Source: the human T2T-CHM13v2.0 reference genome, Homo sapiens. Taken from it: 64,000 nt of DNA. Under the pieces are notes generated by a model that searched no databases, was not told the origin of the DNA, and saw nothing but the letters and a program-made list of their open reading frames with translations. This document shows, piece by piece, positions 1 to 13,980 of the stretch. Both the position numbers and the translations under genes were made by a program. Position 1 is the first letter of the stretch. Each line of letters starts with the position of its first letter. The stretch is from contig CP086569.2 in NCBI GenBank assembly GCA_009914755.4, positions 61,888,001 to 61,952,000 on the forward strand, given 5' to 3'.

Positions 1-3000
1 GAGAATCAAATGCAATTGAATCGAATGGAATCGAATGGATTGGAAAGGAATAGAATGGAATGGAATGGAATTGACTCCAATGGAATGGACTAGAACGGAA
101 TGGAGTCGAATGGAAGGCAAAGGAATGGAATCTATTGGAATGGACTGTAATGGAATGGCATGGAAGGGATTGGAATGGACTCGAATGGAAAGGACTGCAA
201 TAGAAAGGATTCTAATGGAATGAAAAAGAATTGAATGGAATAGAACAGAATGGAATCAAATCGAATGAAATGGAATGGAATAGAAAGGAATGGAATGAAA
301 TGGAATGGAAAGGATTCAAATGGAATGCGATCAAATGGAATGCAATCGAATGGAATGGAATCGAACGGAATGGAATAAAATGGAAGGAAACTGGCAAGAA
401 ATGGAATCGAAATGAATGGAGGGTTATGGAACGGACTCCAAAGGAATTGAATGTAATAGAATGGAGTGGAGTGGACTCGAATATAATGGACTGGAATGGA
501 ATGGAATCACATGGAATGGGAACGAATGGAATGGAATGGAAAGGAATGGAATCGAATGGAAAGGAATCAAATGGAAGGGAATGAAATTGAATCAACAGGA
601 ATGGAAGGGAATAGAATAGACTGTAATGGAATGGACTCGAATAGAATGGACACGAATGCTCAAATTGGATGGACTCGAATGGAATGGAAACGAAAGGAAT
701 GTCATCGAATGGAATTGAATCGATTGGAATGAAATGGCATAGAATGGAGTGGAATCAAATGGAATTGAATCGAAAGGAAAGGAAGCGAATGGACTGAAAT
801 GAAATGGAATGGAATTGAATGGAAAGTAATGCAATGGAATAGAATGGAACGAAATTTCACGGAATGGAATCAAACAGAATGGAATCAAATCAATGGAATA
901 TAATCAAATGGAATGGAATGGAATGGAAAGGAATTGAATGGAATAGATTGGATAGGAAGGGATTGGAATGCAATGGAATGGAAAGGACTCGAATTTCATG
1001 AAACGGAATGGAATGAATTGGAATGGAATGGACTCGAATGGAATGGAATGTCATGGAATGGCATCAAATGGAATGGAATCAAATGGAATGGCATCGAATG
1101 CAATGGAATGTTATGGAATGGAATGGAATGTATTGGAATGGAATGTCCTCTAATGGAATGGATTCGAGTGGAATGGAATCGAATATAATGGAGTCGAATG
1201 AAATGGAATTGAAAGGAATGGGATCGAATAGAATGGAATATACTGGAATGTAATGTAATGAAGTCGAATGTAATTGACTGGAATGGAATGTACATGAATG
1301 GAATGTAATCGAATGGAAAGTAATCCAATGAAATAGAATCTAATGCAATAAAACCGACTCAAATGGAATAGAATGTAATGGAATGGAGTGCAGTGCAATG
1401 GAATGGAATGGAATGGAATGCAATGGAGTGGAATGGAATGGAATGGGATGGAATGGTATGGAATGGATAGTAAAGGACTGGAGTGAAATGGACTGTAAAG
1501 GAATGGACTCCAATTGAAAGGGCTCGAAAGGAATGGAGTCAAATGGAATGGTCTGGAATGGAATGAACTCGAATGTAATGCAATCCAATAGAATGGAATC
1601 GAATGGAATGGAATATAAAGAAATGGAATCGACGAGAATGGAAACAGATGGAATGGAATTGAAAGGAATGGAATTGAATGGAATGGGCACGAATGGAATG
1701 AAATTGTATGGAATAGAAGAGAATAGAATGGAATGCAATGGATAAGAAAGGAATGGATTGGAATGGAAGGGAATGTAGTGTAATGGACTGGCATGGAATA
1801 AACTGGAATGCTACGGTCTCAAATGGAATAAAAATGTATGGAATGGAATGCCATGAAACGGAATCGAATGTCATAGAATGTAATGGAATGCAAAGAAATG
1901 GACTCCAAAATCATTGACTGGAAAGGCTGGGTGTCGAAAGGAATTGACTCCAATGGAATGGAATCGAATGGAATGGAAGTGAATAGAATCGAACTAAATC
2001 GAATGGAATGGAATTGATAGGAACGGAATGGAAAGGAATGGAATGATTTGGCATGGAATGGAATCGAATGGACTCGAATGGAATGGAATGGAATGCAATG
2101 GAATGGAATGTATTAGAATGTAGTGAACTTTAATGGAATGAACTCGAATGGATTCGACTGGAATGGAATGTTCTGGAAGTGAATGGACTGCAATGGAATG
2201 GATTCAAAAGGAATGGAATCGAAGGGAATGGAATCTAATGGAATGGAATTAAATGGAAAGGAATCAAATCGAATAGCAGGGAATTGAACTGAATGGAATC
2301 GAATGCAATGGAATCTAATGAAACGGAAAGGAAAGGAATGGAATGGCATGGAATGGGCTGGAATGGAATGGAATCGAAACGAATGGAATGGAATCGAACT
2401 GAAGAGACTGGAATGAAATGCACTGGCATGGAAGGGATTTTAATGGAACGTTCTTGAAAAGACTGGAATCGAATGGAATGGAATTGAATGGAACGGATAT
2501 AGAGTCAAATGGAATTGAATGGAATGGAATGGAGTAGAGTGAAATGGAATCGAGTCACTAGGAATGGACAGGAATAGAACGGTCTCGAATTGAATGGAAT
2601 CGTATGGAATGGAATTCAACGGAATGGAATGGACAGCCACGGAATGGAATGCACTCGAATGCAATGGACTCGAAACTAATGGACTGGAATCGAATGGAAT
2701 GGAATCGAACGGAATGGACTCGAAGTGAAAAGAGTGCAATGGAAAGGTCTCGAATGGAATGGAAATTAATGGAATGGAATGGAATCGAATGAAATGGAGT
2801 CAAAAGGAATGGAATCGAATGGCAAGAAATCGAATGTAATGGAATCACAAGGAATGGATGTGAACGGAACGGAATGGAATGGAATCAAAAGGAATGGAAT
2901 CGAATGGAATGGACTCGAATGGAAATGACTCGAATAGAATGGAATTCAACAAAATAGAATCAAATGTAATGGAATGGAATGGAAAGGAATCGAAACGAAA

Positions 3001-3495
3001 GGAATGGAGACAGATGGAATGGAATGGAACAGAGAGCAATGGTATAGAATGGAATGGAATCATATGGAATGGAATTGAATGGAATGGAATAATATGAAAT
3101 GGAATGGAAAGGAATGGAATGCACTTGAATTAAATGGACTGGAATGGAATGGACTCGAACGGAGTGGAATGGAAAGGATTGAAATAGAATGGAATGGACT
3201 CCTTTGGAATGGTCTAGTATGCAATGCAAACGACTGGCAGGGAATCAAAAGGAATGTAATCGAATGGATTGGACTGGAATACAATGGACTCGAATACATT
3301 GGAAACGGAATGCAATGGAATGGAATGGAATAGTATGGAATGGAACGGAAAGGAATGAAGTAGAATGGACTAGAGTGGAATGGAATGGACTCGAAAGCAA
3401 TGGACTGGAATGGAACGATCTTGAATGGACCGGAATCAAACGGAACGGAATGCAATGCAAGGCAATCAAATGGAATGGAATAAAAGAGAATGAAA
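1..3495 (+). repeat. HOR copy 1 (3495 bp; phase arbitrarily set at window position 1)
   Basis: Near-perfect identity to copies 2-7. It carries cg at the ggaagcgaatgg site (~787). Confidence 0.9.
1895..1950 (+). other. Most pentamer-divergent island of the HOR (caaaatcattgactggaaaggctgggtgtcgaaaggaattgactcc); recurs once per HOR copy and is usable as an HOR phase or probe landmark
   Basis: It recurs at 5390, 8885, 12380 and so on, and in domain 2 at ~33355, 36855, 40365 and so on. It has the lowest similarity to ggaat of any stretch in the unit. Confidence 0.7.
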
Positions 3496-6400
3496 GAGAA
3501 TCAAATGCAATTGAATCGAATGGAATCGAATGGATTGGAAAGGAATAGAATGGAATGGAATGGAATTGACTCCAATGGAATGGACTAGAACGGAATGGAG
3601 TCGAATGGAAGGCAAAGGAATGGAATCTATTGGAATGGACTGTAATGGAATGGCATGGAAGGGATTGGAATGGACTCGAATGGAAAGGACTGCAATAGAA
3701 AGGATTCTAATGGAATGAAAAAGAATTGAATGGAATAGAACAGAATGGAATCAAATCGAATGAAATGGAATGGAATAGAAAGGAATGGAATGAAATGGAA
3801 TGGAAAGGATTCAAATGGAATGCGATCAAATGGAATGCAATCGAATGGAATGGAATCGAACGGAATGGAATAAAATGGAAGGAAACTGGCAAGAAATGGA
3901 ATCGAAATGAATGGAGGGTTATGGAACGGACTCCAAAGGAATTGAATGTAATAGAATGGAGTGGAGTGGACTCGAATATAATGGACTGGAATGGAATGGA
4001 ATCACATGGAATGGGAACGAATGGAATGGAATGGAAAGGAATGGAATCGAATGGAAAGGAATCAAATGGAAGGGAATGAAATTGAATCAACAGGAATGGA
4101 AGGGAATAGAATAGACTGTAATGGAATGGACTCGAATAGAATGGACACGAATGCTCAAATTGGATGGACTCGAATGGAATGGAAACGAAAGGAATGTCAT
4201 CGAATGGAATTGAATCGATTGGAATGAAATGGCATAGAATGGAGTGGAATCAAATGGAATTGAATCGAAAGGAAAGGAAGCAAATGGACTGAAATGAAAT
4301 GGAATGGAATTGAATGGAAAGTAATGCAATGGAATAGAATGGAACGAAATTTCACGGAATGGAATCAAACAGAATGGAATCAAATCAATGGAATATAATC
4401 AAATGGAATGGAATGGAATGGAAAGGAATTGAATGGAATAGATTGGATAGGAAGGGATTGGAATGCAATGGAATGGAAAGGACTCGAATTTCATGAAACG
4501 GAATGGAATGAATTGGAATGGAATGGACTCGAATGGAATGGAATGTCATGGAATGGCATCAAATGGAATGGAATCAAATGGAATGGCATCGAATGCAATG
4601 GAATGTTATGGAATGGAATGGAATGTATTGGAATGGAATGTCCTCTAATGGAATGGATTCGAGTGGAATGGAATCGAATATAATGGAGTCGAATGAAATG
4701 GAATTGAAAGGAATGGGATCGAATAGAATGGAATATACTGGAATGTAATGTAATGAAGTCGAATGTAATTGACTGGAATGGAATGTACATGAATGGAATG
4801 TAATCGAATGGAAAGTAATCCAATGAAATAGAATCTAATGCAATAAAACCGACTCAAATGGAATAGAATGTAATGGAATGGAGTGCAGTGCAATGGAATG
4901 GAATGGAATGGAATGCAATGGAGTGGAATGGAATGGAATGGGATGGAATGGTATGGAATGGATAGTAAAGGACTGGAGTGAAATGGACTGTAAAGGAATG
5001 GACTCCAATTGAAAGGGCTCGAAAGGAATGGAGTCAAATGGAATGGTCTGGAATGGAATGAACTCGAATGTAATGCAATCCAATAGAATGGAATCGAATG
5101 GAATGGAATATAAAGAAATGGAATCGACGAGAATGGAAACAGATGGAATGGAATTGAAAGGAATGGAATTGAATGGAATGGGCACGAATGGAATGAAATT
5201 GTATGGAATAGAAGAGAATAGAATGGAATGCAATGGATAAGAAAGGAATGGATTGGAATGGAAGGGAATGTAGTGTAATGGACTGGCATGGAATAAACTG
5301 GAATGCTACGGTCTCAAATGGAATAAAAATGTATGGAATGGAATGCCATGAAACGGAATCGAATGTCATAGAATGTAATGGAATGCAAAGAAATGGACTC
5401 CAAAATCATTGACTGGAAAGGCTGGGTGTCGAAAGGAATTGACTCCAATGGAATGGAATCGAATGGAATGGAAGTGAATAGAATCGAACTAAATCGAATG
5501 GAATGGAATTGATAGGAACGGAATGGAAAGGAATGGAATGATTTGGCATGGAATGGAATCGAATGGACTCGAATGGAATGGAATGGAATGCAATGGAATG
5601 GAATGTATTAGAATGTAGTGAACTTTAATGGAATGAACTCGAATGGATTCGACTGGAATGGAATGTTCTGGAAGTGAATGGACTGCAATGGAATGGATTC
5701 AAAAGGAATGGAATCGAAGGGAATGGAATCTAATGGAATGGAATTAAATGGAAAGGAATCAAATCGAATAGCAGGGAATTGAACTGAATGGAATCGAATG
5801 CAATGGAATCTAATGAAACGGAAAGGAAAGGAATGGAATGGCATGGAATGGGCTGGAATGGAATGGAATCGAAACGAATGGAATGGAATCGAACTGAAGA
5901 GACTGGAATGAAATGCACTGGCATGGAAGGGATTTTAATGGAACGTTCTTGAAAAGACTGGAATCGAATGGAATGGAATTGAATGGAACGGATATAGAGT
6001 CAAATGGAATTGAATGGAATGGAATGGAGTAGAGTGAAATGGAATCGAGTCACTAGGAATGGACAGGAATAGAACGGTCTCGAATTGAATGGAATCGTAT
6101 GGAATGGAATTCAACGGAATGGAATGGACAGCCACGGAATGGAATGCACTCGAATGCAATGGACTCGAAACTAATGGACTGGAATCGAATGGAATGGAAT
6201 CGAACGGAATGGACTCGAAGTGAAAAGAGTGCAATGGAAAGGTCTCGAATGGAATGGAAATTAATGGAATGGAATGGAATCGAATGAAATGGAGTCAAAA
6301 GGAATGGAATCGAATGGCAAGAAATCGAATGTAATGGAATCACAAGGAATGGATGTGAACGGAACGGAATGGAATGGAATCAAAAGGAATGGAATCGAAT

Positions 6401-6990
6401 GGAATGGACTCGAATGGAAATGACTCGAATAGAATGGAATTCAACAAAATAGAATCAAATGTAATGGAATGGAATGGAAAGGAATCGAAACGAAAGGAAT
6501 GGAGACAGATGGAATGGAATGGAACAGAGAGCAATGGTATAGAATGGAATGGAATCATATGGAATGGAATTGAATGGAATGGAATAATATGAAATGGAAT
6601 GGAAAGGAATGGAATGCACTTGAATTAAATGGACTGGAATGGAATGGACTCGAACGGAGTGGAATGGAAAGGATTGAAATAGAATGGAATGGACTCCTTT
6701 GGAATGGTCTAGTATGCAATGCAAACGACTGGCAGGGAATCAAAAGGAATGTAATCGAATGGATTGGACTGGAATACAATGGACTCGAATACATTGGAAA
6801 CGGAATGCAATGGAATGGAATGGAATAGTATGGAATGGAACGGAAAGGAATGAAGTAGAATGGACTAGAGTGGAATGGAATGGACTCGAAAGCAATGGAC
6901 TGGAATGGAACGATCTTGAATGGACCGGAATCAAACGGAACGGAATGCAATGCAAGGCAATCAAATGGAATGGAATAAAAGAGAATGAAA
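3496..6990 (+). repeat. HOR copy 2 (3495 bp)
   Basis: The ORF set is identical to copy 1 when shifted by 3495 bp. It carries ca at the ggaagcaaatgg site. Confidence 0.9.
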
Positions 6991-9900
6991 GAGAATCAAA
7001 TGCAATTGAATCGAATGGAATCGAATGGATTGGAAAGGAATAGAATGGAATGGAATGGAATTGACTCCAATGGAATGGACTAGAACGGAATGGAGTCGAA
7101 TGGAAGGCAAAGGAATGGAATCTATTGGAATGGACTGTAATGGAATGGCATGGAAGGGATTGGAATGGACTCGAATGGAAAGGACTGCAATAGAAAGGAT
7201 TCTAATGGAATGAAAAAGAATTGAATGGAATAGAACAGAATGGAATCAAATCGAATGAAATGGAATGGAATAGAAAGGAATGGAATGAAATGGAATGGAA
7301 AGGATTCAAATGGAATGCGATCAAATGGAATGCAATCGAATGGAATGGAATCGAACGGAATGGAATAAAATGGAAGGAAACTGGCAAGAAATGGAATCGA
7401 AATGAATGGAGGGTTATGGAACGGACTCCAAAGGAATTGAATGTAATAGAATGGAGTGGAGTGGACTCGAATATAATGGACTGGAATGGAATGGAATCAC
7501 ATGGAATGGGAACGAATGGAATGGAATGGAAAGGAATGGAATCGAATGGAAAGGAATCAAATGGAAGGGAATGAAATTGAATCAACAGGAATGGAAGGGA
7601 ATAGAATAGACTGTAATGGAATGGACTCGAATAGAATGGACACGAATGCTCAAATTGGATGGACTCGAATGGAATGGAAACGAAAGGAATGTCATCGAAT
7701 GGAATTGAATCGATTGGAATGAAATGGCATAGAATGGAGTGGAATCAAATGGAATTGAATCGAAAGGAAAGGAAGCAAATGGACTGAAATGAAATGGAAT
7801 GGAATTGAATGGAAAGTAATGCAATGGAATAGAATGGAACGAAATTTCACGGAATGGAATCAAACAGAATGGAATCAAATCAATGGAATATAATCAAATG
7901 GAATGGAATGGAATGGAAAGGAATTGAATGGAATAGATTGGATAGGAAGGGATTGGAATGCAATGGAATGGAAAGGACTCGAATTTCATGAAACGGAATG
8001 GAATGAATTGGAATGGAATGGACTCGAATGGAATGGAATGTCATGGAATGGCATCAAATGGAATGGAATCAAATGGAATGGCATCGAATGCAATGGAATG
8101 TTATGGAATGGAATGGAATGTATTGGAATGGAATGTCCTCTAATGGAATGGATTCGAGTGGAATGGAATCGAATATAATGGAGTCGAATGAAATGGAATT
8201 GAAAGGAATGGGATCGAATAGAATGGAATATACTGGAATGTAATGTAATGAAGTCGAATGTAATTGACTGGAATGGAATGTACATGAATGGAATGTAATC
8301 GAATGGAAAGTAATCCAATGAAATAGAATCTAATGCAATAAAACCGACTCAAATGGAATAGAATGTAATGGAATGGAGTGCAGTGCAATGGAATGGAATG
8401 GAATGGAATGCAATGGAGTGGAATGGAATGGAATGGGATGGAATGGTATGGAATGGATAGTAAAGGACTGGAGTGAAATGGACTGTAAAGGAATGGACTC
8501 CAATTGAAAGGGCTCGAAAGGAATGGAGTCAAATGGAATGGTCTGGAATGGAATGAACTCGAATGTAATGCAATCCAATAGAATGGAATCGAATGGAATG
8601 GAATATAAAGAAATGGAATCGACGAGAATGGAAACAGATGGAATGGAATTGAAAGGAATGGAATTGAATGGAATGGGCACGAATGGAATGAAATTGTATG
8701 GAATAGAAGAGAATAGAATGGAATGCAATGGATAAGAAAGGAATGCATTGGAATGGAAGGGAATGTAGTGTAATGGACTGGCATGGAATAAACTGGAATG
8801 CTACGGTCTCAAATGGAATAAAAATGTATGGAATGGAATGCCATGAAATGGAATCGAATGTCATAGAATGTAATGGAATGCAAATAAATGGACTCCAAAA
8901 TCATTGACTGGAAAGGCTGGGTGTCGAAAGGAACTGACTCCAATGGAATGGAATCGAATGGAATGGAAGTGAATAGAATCGAACTAAATCGAATGGAATG
9001 GAATTGATAGGAACGGAATGGAAAGGAATGGAATGATTTGGCATGGAATGGAATCGAATGGACTCGAATGGAATGGAATGGAATGCAATGGAATGGAATG
9101 TATTAGAATGTAGTGAACTTTAATGGAATGAACTCGAATGGATTCGACTGGAATGGAATGTTCTGGAAGTGAATGGACTGCAATGGAATGGATTCAAAAG
9201 GAATGGAATCGAAGGGAATGGAATCTAATGGAATGGAATTAAATGGAAAGGAATCAAATCGAATAGCAGGGAATTGAACTGAATGGAATCGAATGCAATG
9301 GAATCTAATGAAACGGAAAGGAAAGGAATGGAATGGCATGGAATGGGCTGGAATGGAATGGAATCGAAACGAATGGAATGGAATCGAACTGAAGAGACTG
9401 GAATGAAATGCACTGGCATGGAAGGGATTTTAATGGAACGTTCTTGAAAAGACTGGAATCGAATGGAATGGAATTGAATGGAACGGATATAGAGTCAAAT
9501 GGAATTGAATGGAATGGAATGGAGTAGAGTGAAATGGAATCGAGTCACTAGGAATGGACAGGAATAGAACGGTCTCGAATTGAATGGAATCGTATGGAAT
9601 GGAATTCAACGGAATGGAATGGACAGCCACGGAATGGAATGCACTCGAATGCAATGGACTCGAAACTAATGGACTGGAATCGAATGGAATGGAATCGAAC
9701 GGAATGGACTCGAAGTGAAAAGAGTGCAATGGAAAGGTCTCGAATGGAATGGAAATTAATGGAATGGAATGGAATCGAATGAAATGGAGTCAAAAGGAAT
9801 GGAATCGAATGGCAAGAAATCGAATGTAATGGAATCACAAGGAATGGATGTGAACGGAACGGAATGGAATGGAATCAAAAGGAATGGAATCGAATGGAAT

Positions 9901-10485
9901 GGACTCGAATGGAAATGACTCGAATAGAATGGAATTCAACAAAATAGAATCAAATGTAATGGAATGGAATGGAAAGGAATCGAAACGAAAGGAATGGAGA
10001 CAGATGGAATGGAATGGAACAGAGAGCAATGGTATAGAATGGAATGGAATCATATGGAATGGAATTGAATGGAATGGAATAATATGAAATGGAATGGAAA
10101 GGAATGGAATGCACTTGAATTAAATGGACTGGAATGGAATGGACTCGAACGGAGTGGAATGGAAAGGATTGAAATAGAATGGAATGGACTCCTTTGGAAT
10201 GGTCTAGTATGCAATGCAAACGACTGGCAGGGAATCAAAAGGAATGTAATCGAATGGATTGGACTGGAATACAATGGACTCGAATACATTGGAAACGGAA
10301 TGCAATGGAATGGAATGGAATAGTATGGAATGGAACGGAAAGGAATGAAGTAGAATGGACTAGAGTGGAATGGAATGGACTCGAAAGCAATGGACTGGAA
10401 TGGAACGATCTTGAATGGACCGGAATCAAACGGAACGGAATGCAATGCAAGGCAATCAAATGGAATGGAATAAAAGAGAATGAAA
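6991..10485 (+). repeat. HOR copy 3 (3495 bp), carrying a private clustered variant tract at 8745-8940
   Basis: Identical to the other domain-1 copies except for a cluster of substitutions: 8140 region, ggaatgcattgg ~8745, gaaatggaatcg ~8850, caaataaatgg ~8884, gaactgactcc ~8933. Confidence 0.9.
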
Positions 10486-13400
10486 GAGAATCAAATGCAA
10501 TTGAATCGAATGGAATCGAATGGATTGGAAAGGAATAGAATGGAATGGAATGGAATTGACTCCAATGGAATGGACTAGAACGGAATGGAGTCGAATGGAA
10601 GGCAAAGGAATGGAATCTATTGGAATGGACTGTAATGGAATGGCATGGAAGGGATTGGAATGGACTCGAATGGAAAGGACTGCAATAGAAAGGATTCTAA
10701 TGGAATGAAAAAGAATTGAATGGAATAGAACAGAATGGAATCAAATCGAATGAAATGGAATGGAATAGAAAGGAATGGAATGAAATGGAATGGAAAGGAT
10801 TCAAATGGAATGCGATCAAATGGAATGCAATCGAATGGAATGGAATCGAACGGAATGGAATAAAATGGAAGGAAACTGGCAAGAAATGGAATCGAAATGA
10901 ATGGAGGGTTATGGAACGGACTCCAAAGGAATTGAATGTAATAGAATGGAGTGGAGTGGACTCGAATATAATGGACTGGAATGGAATGGAATCACATGGA
11001 ATGGGAACGAATGGAATGGAATGGAAAGGAATGGAATCGAATGGAAAGGAATCAAATGGAAGGGAATGAAATTGAATCAACAGGAATGGAAGGGAATAGA
11101 ATAGACTGTAATGGAATGGACTCGAATAGAATGGACACGAATGCTCAAATTGGATGGACTCGAATGGAATGGAAACGAAAGGAATGTCATCGAATGGAAT
11201 TGAATCGATTGGAATGAAATGGCATAGAATGGAGTGGAATGAAATGGAATTGAATCGAAAGGAAAGGAAGCGAATGGACTGAAATGAAATGGAATGGAAT
11301 TGAATGGAAAGTAATGCAATGGAATAGAATGGAACGAAATTTCACGGAATGGAATCAAACAGAATGGAATCAAATCAATGGAATATAATCAAATGGAATG
11401 GAATGGAATGGAAAGGAATTGAATGGAATAGATTGGATAGGAAGGGATTGGAATGCAATGGAATGGAAAGGACTCGAATTTCATGAAACGGAATGGAATG
11501 AATTGGAATGGAATGGACTCGAATGGAATGGAATGTCATGGAATGGCATCAAATGGAATGGAATCAAATGGAATGGCATCGAATGCAATGGAATGTTATG
11601 GAATGGAATGGAATGTATTGGAATGGAATGTCCTCTAATGGAATGGATTCGAGTGGAATGGAATCGAATATAATGGAGTCGAATGAAATGGAATTGAAAG
11701 GAATGGGATCGAATAGAATGGAATATACTGGAATGTAATGTAATGAAGTCGAATGTAATTGACTGGAATGGAATGTACATGAATGGAATGTAATCGAATG
11801 GAAAGTAATCCAATGAAATAGAATCTAATGCAATAAAACCGACTCAAATGGAATAGAATGTAATGGAATGGAGTGCAGTGCAATGGAATGGAATGGAATG
11901 GAATGCAATGGAGTGGAATGGAATGGAATGGGATGGAATGGTATGGAATGGATAGTAAAGGACTGGAGTGAAATGGACTGTAAAGGAATGGACTCCAATT
12001 GAAAGGGCTCGAAAGGAATGGAGTCAAATGGAATGGTCTGGAATGGAATGAACTCGAATGTAATGCAATCCAATAGAATGGAATCGAATGGAATGGAATA
12101 TAAAGAAATGGAATCGACGAGAATGGAAACAGATGGAATGGAATTGAAAGGAATGGAATTGAATGGAATGGGCACGAATGGAATGAAATTGTATGGAATA
12201 GAAGAGAATAGAATGGAATGCAATGGATAAGAAAGGAATGGATTGGAATGGAAGGGAATGTAGTGTAATGGACTGGCATGGAATAAACTGGAATGCTACG
12301 GTCTCAAATGGAATAAAAATGTATGGAATGGAATGCCATGAAACGGAATCGAATGTCATAGAATGTAATGGAATGCAAAGAAATGGACTCCAAAATCATT
12401 GACTGGAAAGGCTGGGTGTCGAAAGGAATTGACTCCAATGGAATGGAATCGAATGGAATGGAAGTGAATAGAATCGAACTAAATCGAATGGAATGGAATT
12501 GATAGGAACGGAATGGAAAGGAATGGAATGATTTGGCATGGAATGGAATCGAATGGACTCGAATGGAATGGAATGGAATGCAATGGAATGGAATGTATTA
12601 GAATGTAGTGAACTTTAATGGAATGAACTCGAATGGATTCGACTGGAATGGAATGTTCTGGAAGTGAATGGACTGCAATGGAATGGATTCAAAAGGAATG
12701 GAATCGAAGGGAATGGAATCTAATGGAATGGAATTAAATGGAAAGGAATCAAATCGAATAGCAGGGAATTGAACTGAATGGAATCGAATGCAATGGAATC
12801 TAATGAAACGGAAAGGAAAGGAATGGAATGGCATGGAATGGGCTGGAATGGAATGGAATCGAAACGAATGGAATGGAATCGAACTGAAGAGACTGGAATG
12901 AAATGCACTGGCATGGAAGGGATTTTAATGGAACGTTCTTGAAAAGACTGGAATCGAATGGAATGGAATTGAATGGAACGGATATAGAGTCAAATGGAAT
13001 TGAATGGAATGGAATGGAGTAGAGTGAAATGGAATCGAGTCACTAGGAATGGACAGGAATAGAACGGTCTCGAATTGAATGGAATCGTATGGAATGGAAT
13101 TCAACGGAATGGAATGGACAGCCACGGAATGGAATGCACTCGAATGCAATGGACTCGAAACTAATGGACTGGAATCGAATGGAATGGAATCGAACGGAAT
13201 GGACTCGAAGTGAAAAGAGTGCAATGGAAAGGTCTCGAATGGAATGGAAATTAATGGAATGGAATGGAATCGAATGAAATGGAGTCAAAAGGAATGGAAT
13301 CGAATGGCAAGAAATCGAATGTAATGGAATCACAAGGAATGGATGTGAACGGAACGGAATGGAATGGAATCAAAAGGAATGGAATCGAATGGAATGGACT

Positions 13401-13980
13401 CGAATGGAAATGACTCGAATAGAATGGAATTCAACAAAATAGAATCAAATGTAATGGAATGGAATGGAAAGGAATCGAAACGAAAGGAATGGAGACAGAT
13501 GGAATGGAATGGAACAGAGAGCAATGGTATAGAATGGAATGGAATCATATGGAATGGAATTGAATGGAATGGAATAATATGAAATGGAATGGAAAGGAAT
13601 GGAATGCACTTGAATTAAATGGACTGGAATGGAATGGACTCGAACGGAGTGGAATGGAAAGGATTGAAATAGAATGGAATGGACTCCTTTGGAATGGTCT
13701 AGTATGCAATGCAAACGACTGGCAGGGAATCAAAAGGAATGTAATCGAATGGATTGGACTGGAATACAATGGACTCGAATACATTGGAAACGGAATGCAA
13801 TGGAATGGAATGGAATAGTATGGAATGGAACGGAAAGGAATGAAGTAGAATGGACTAGAGTGGAATGGAATGGACTCGAAAGCAATGGACTGGAATGGAA
13901 CGATCTTGAATGGACCGGAATCAAACGGAACGGAATGCAATGCAAGGCAATCAAATGGAATGGAATAAAAGAGAATGAAA
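10486..13980 (+). repeat. HOR copy 4 (3495 bp)
   Basis: Period 3495. It carries ggaatgaaatgg (~11240) and the FHSTPFY-type variant (~11330), both shared with copies 9, 10 and 12. Confidence 0.9.

Noticed and set aside
975-1000. Canonical HSF1 heat-shock element at gactcgaatttcatgaaacgg
   Set aside because: GAA and TTC trimers are present in opposite orientation, but the spacing (GAAtTTCatGAA) does not fit the nGAAnnTTCnnGAAn register. It is kept only as a speculative note.
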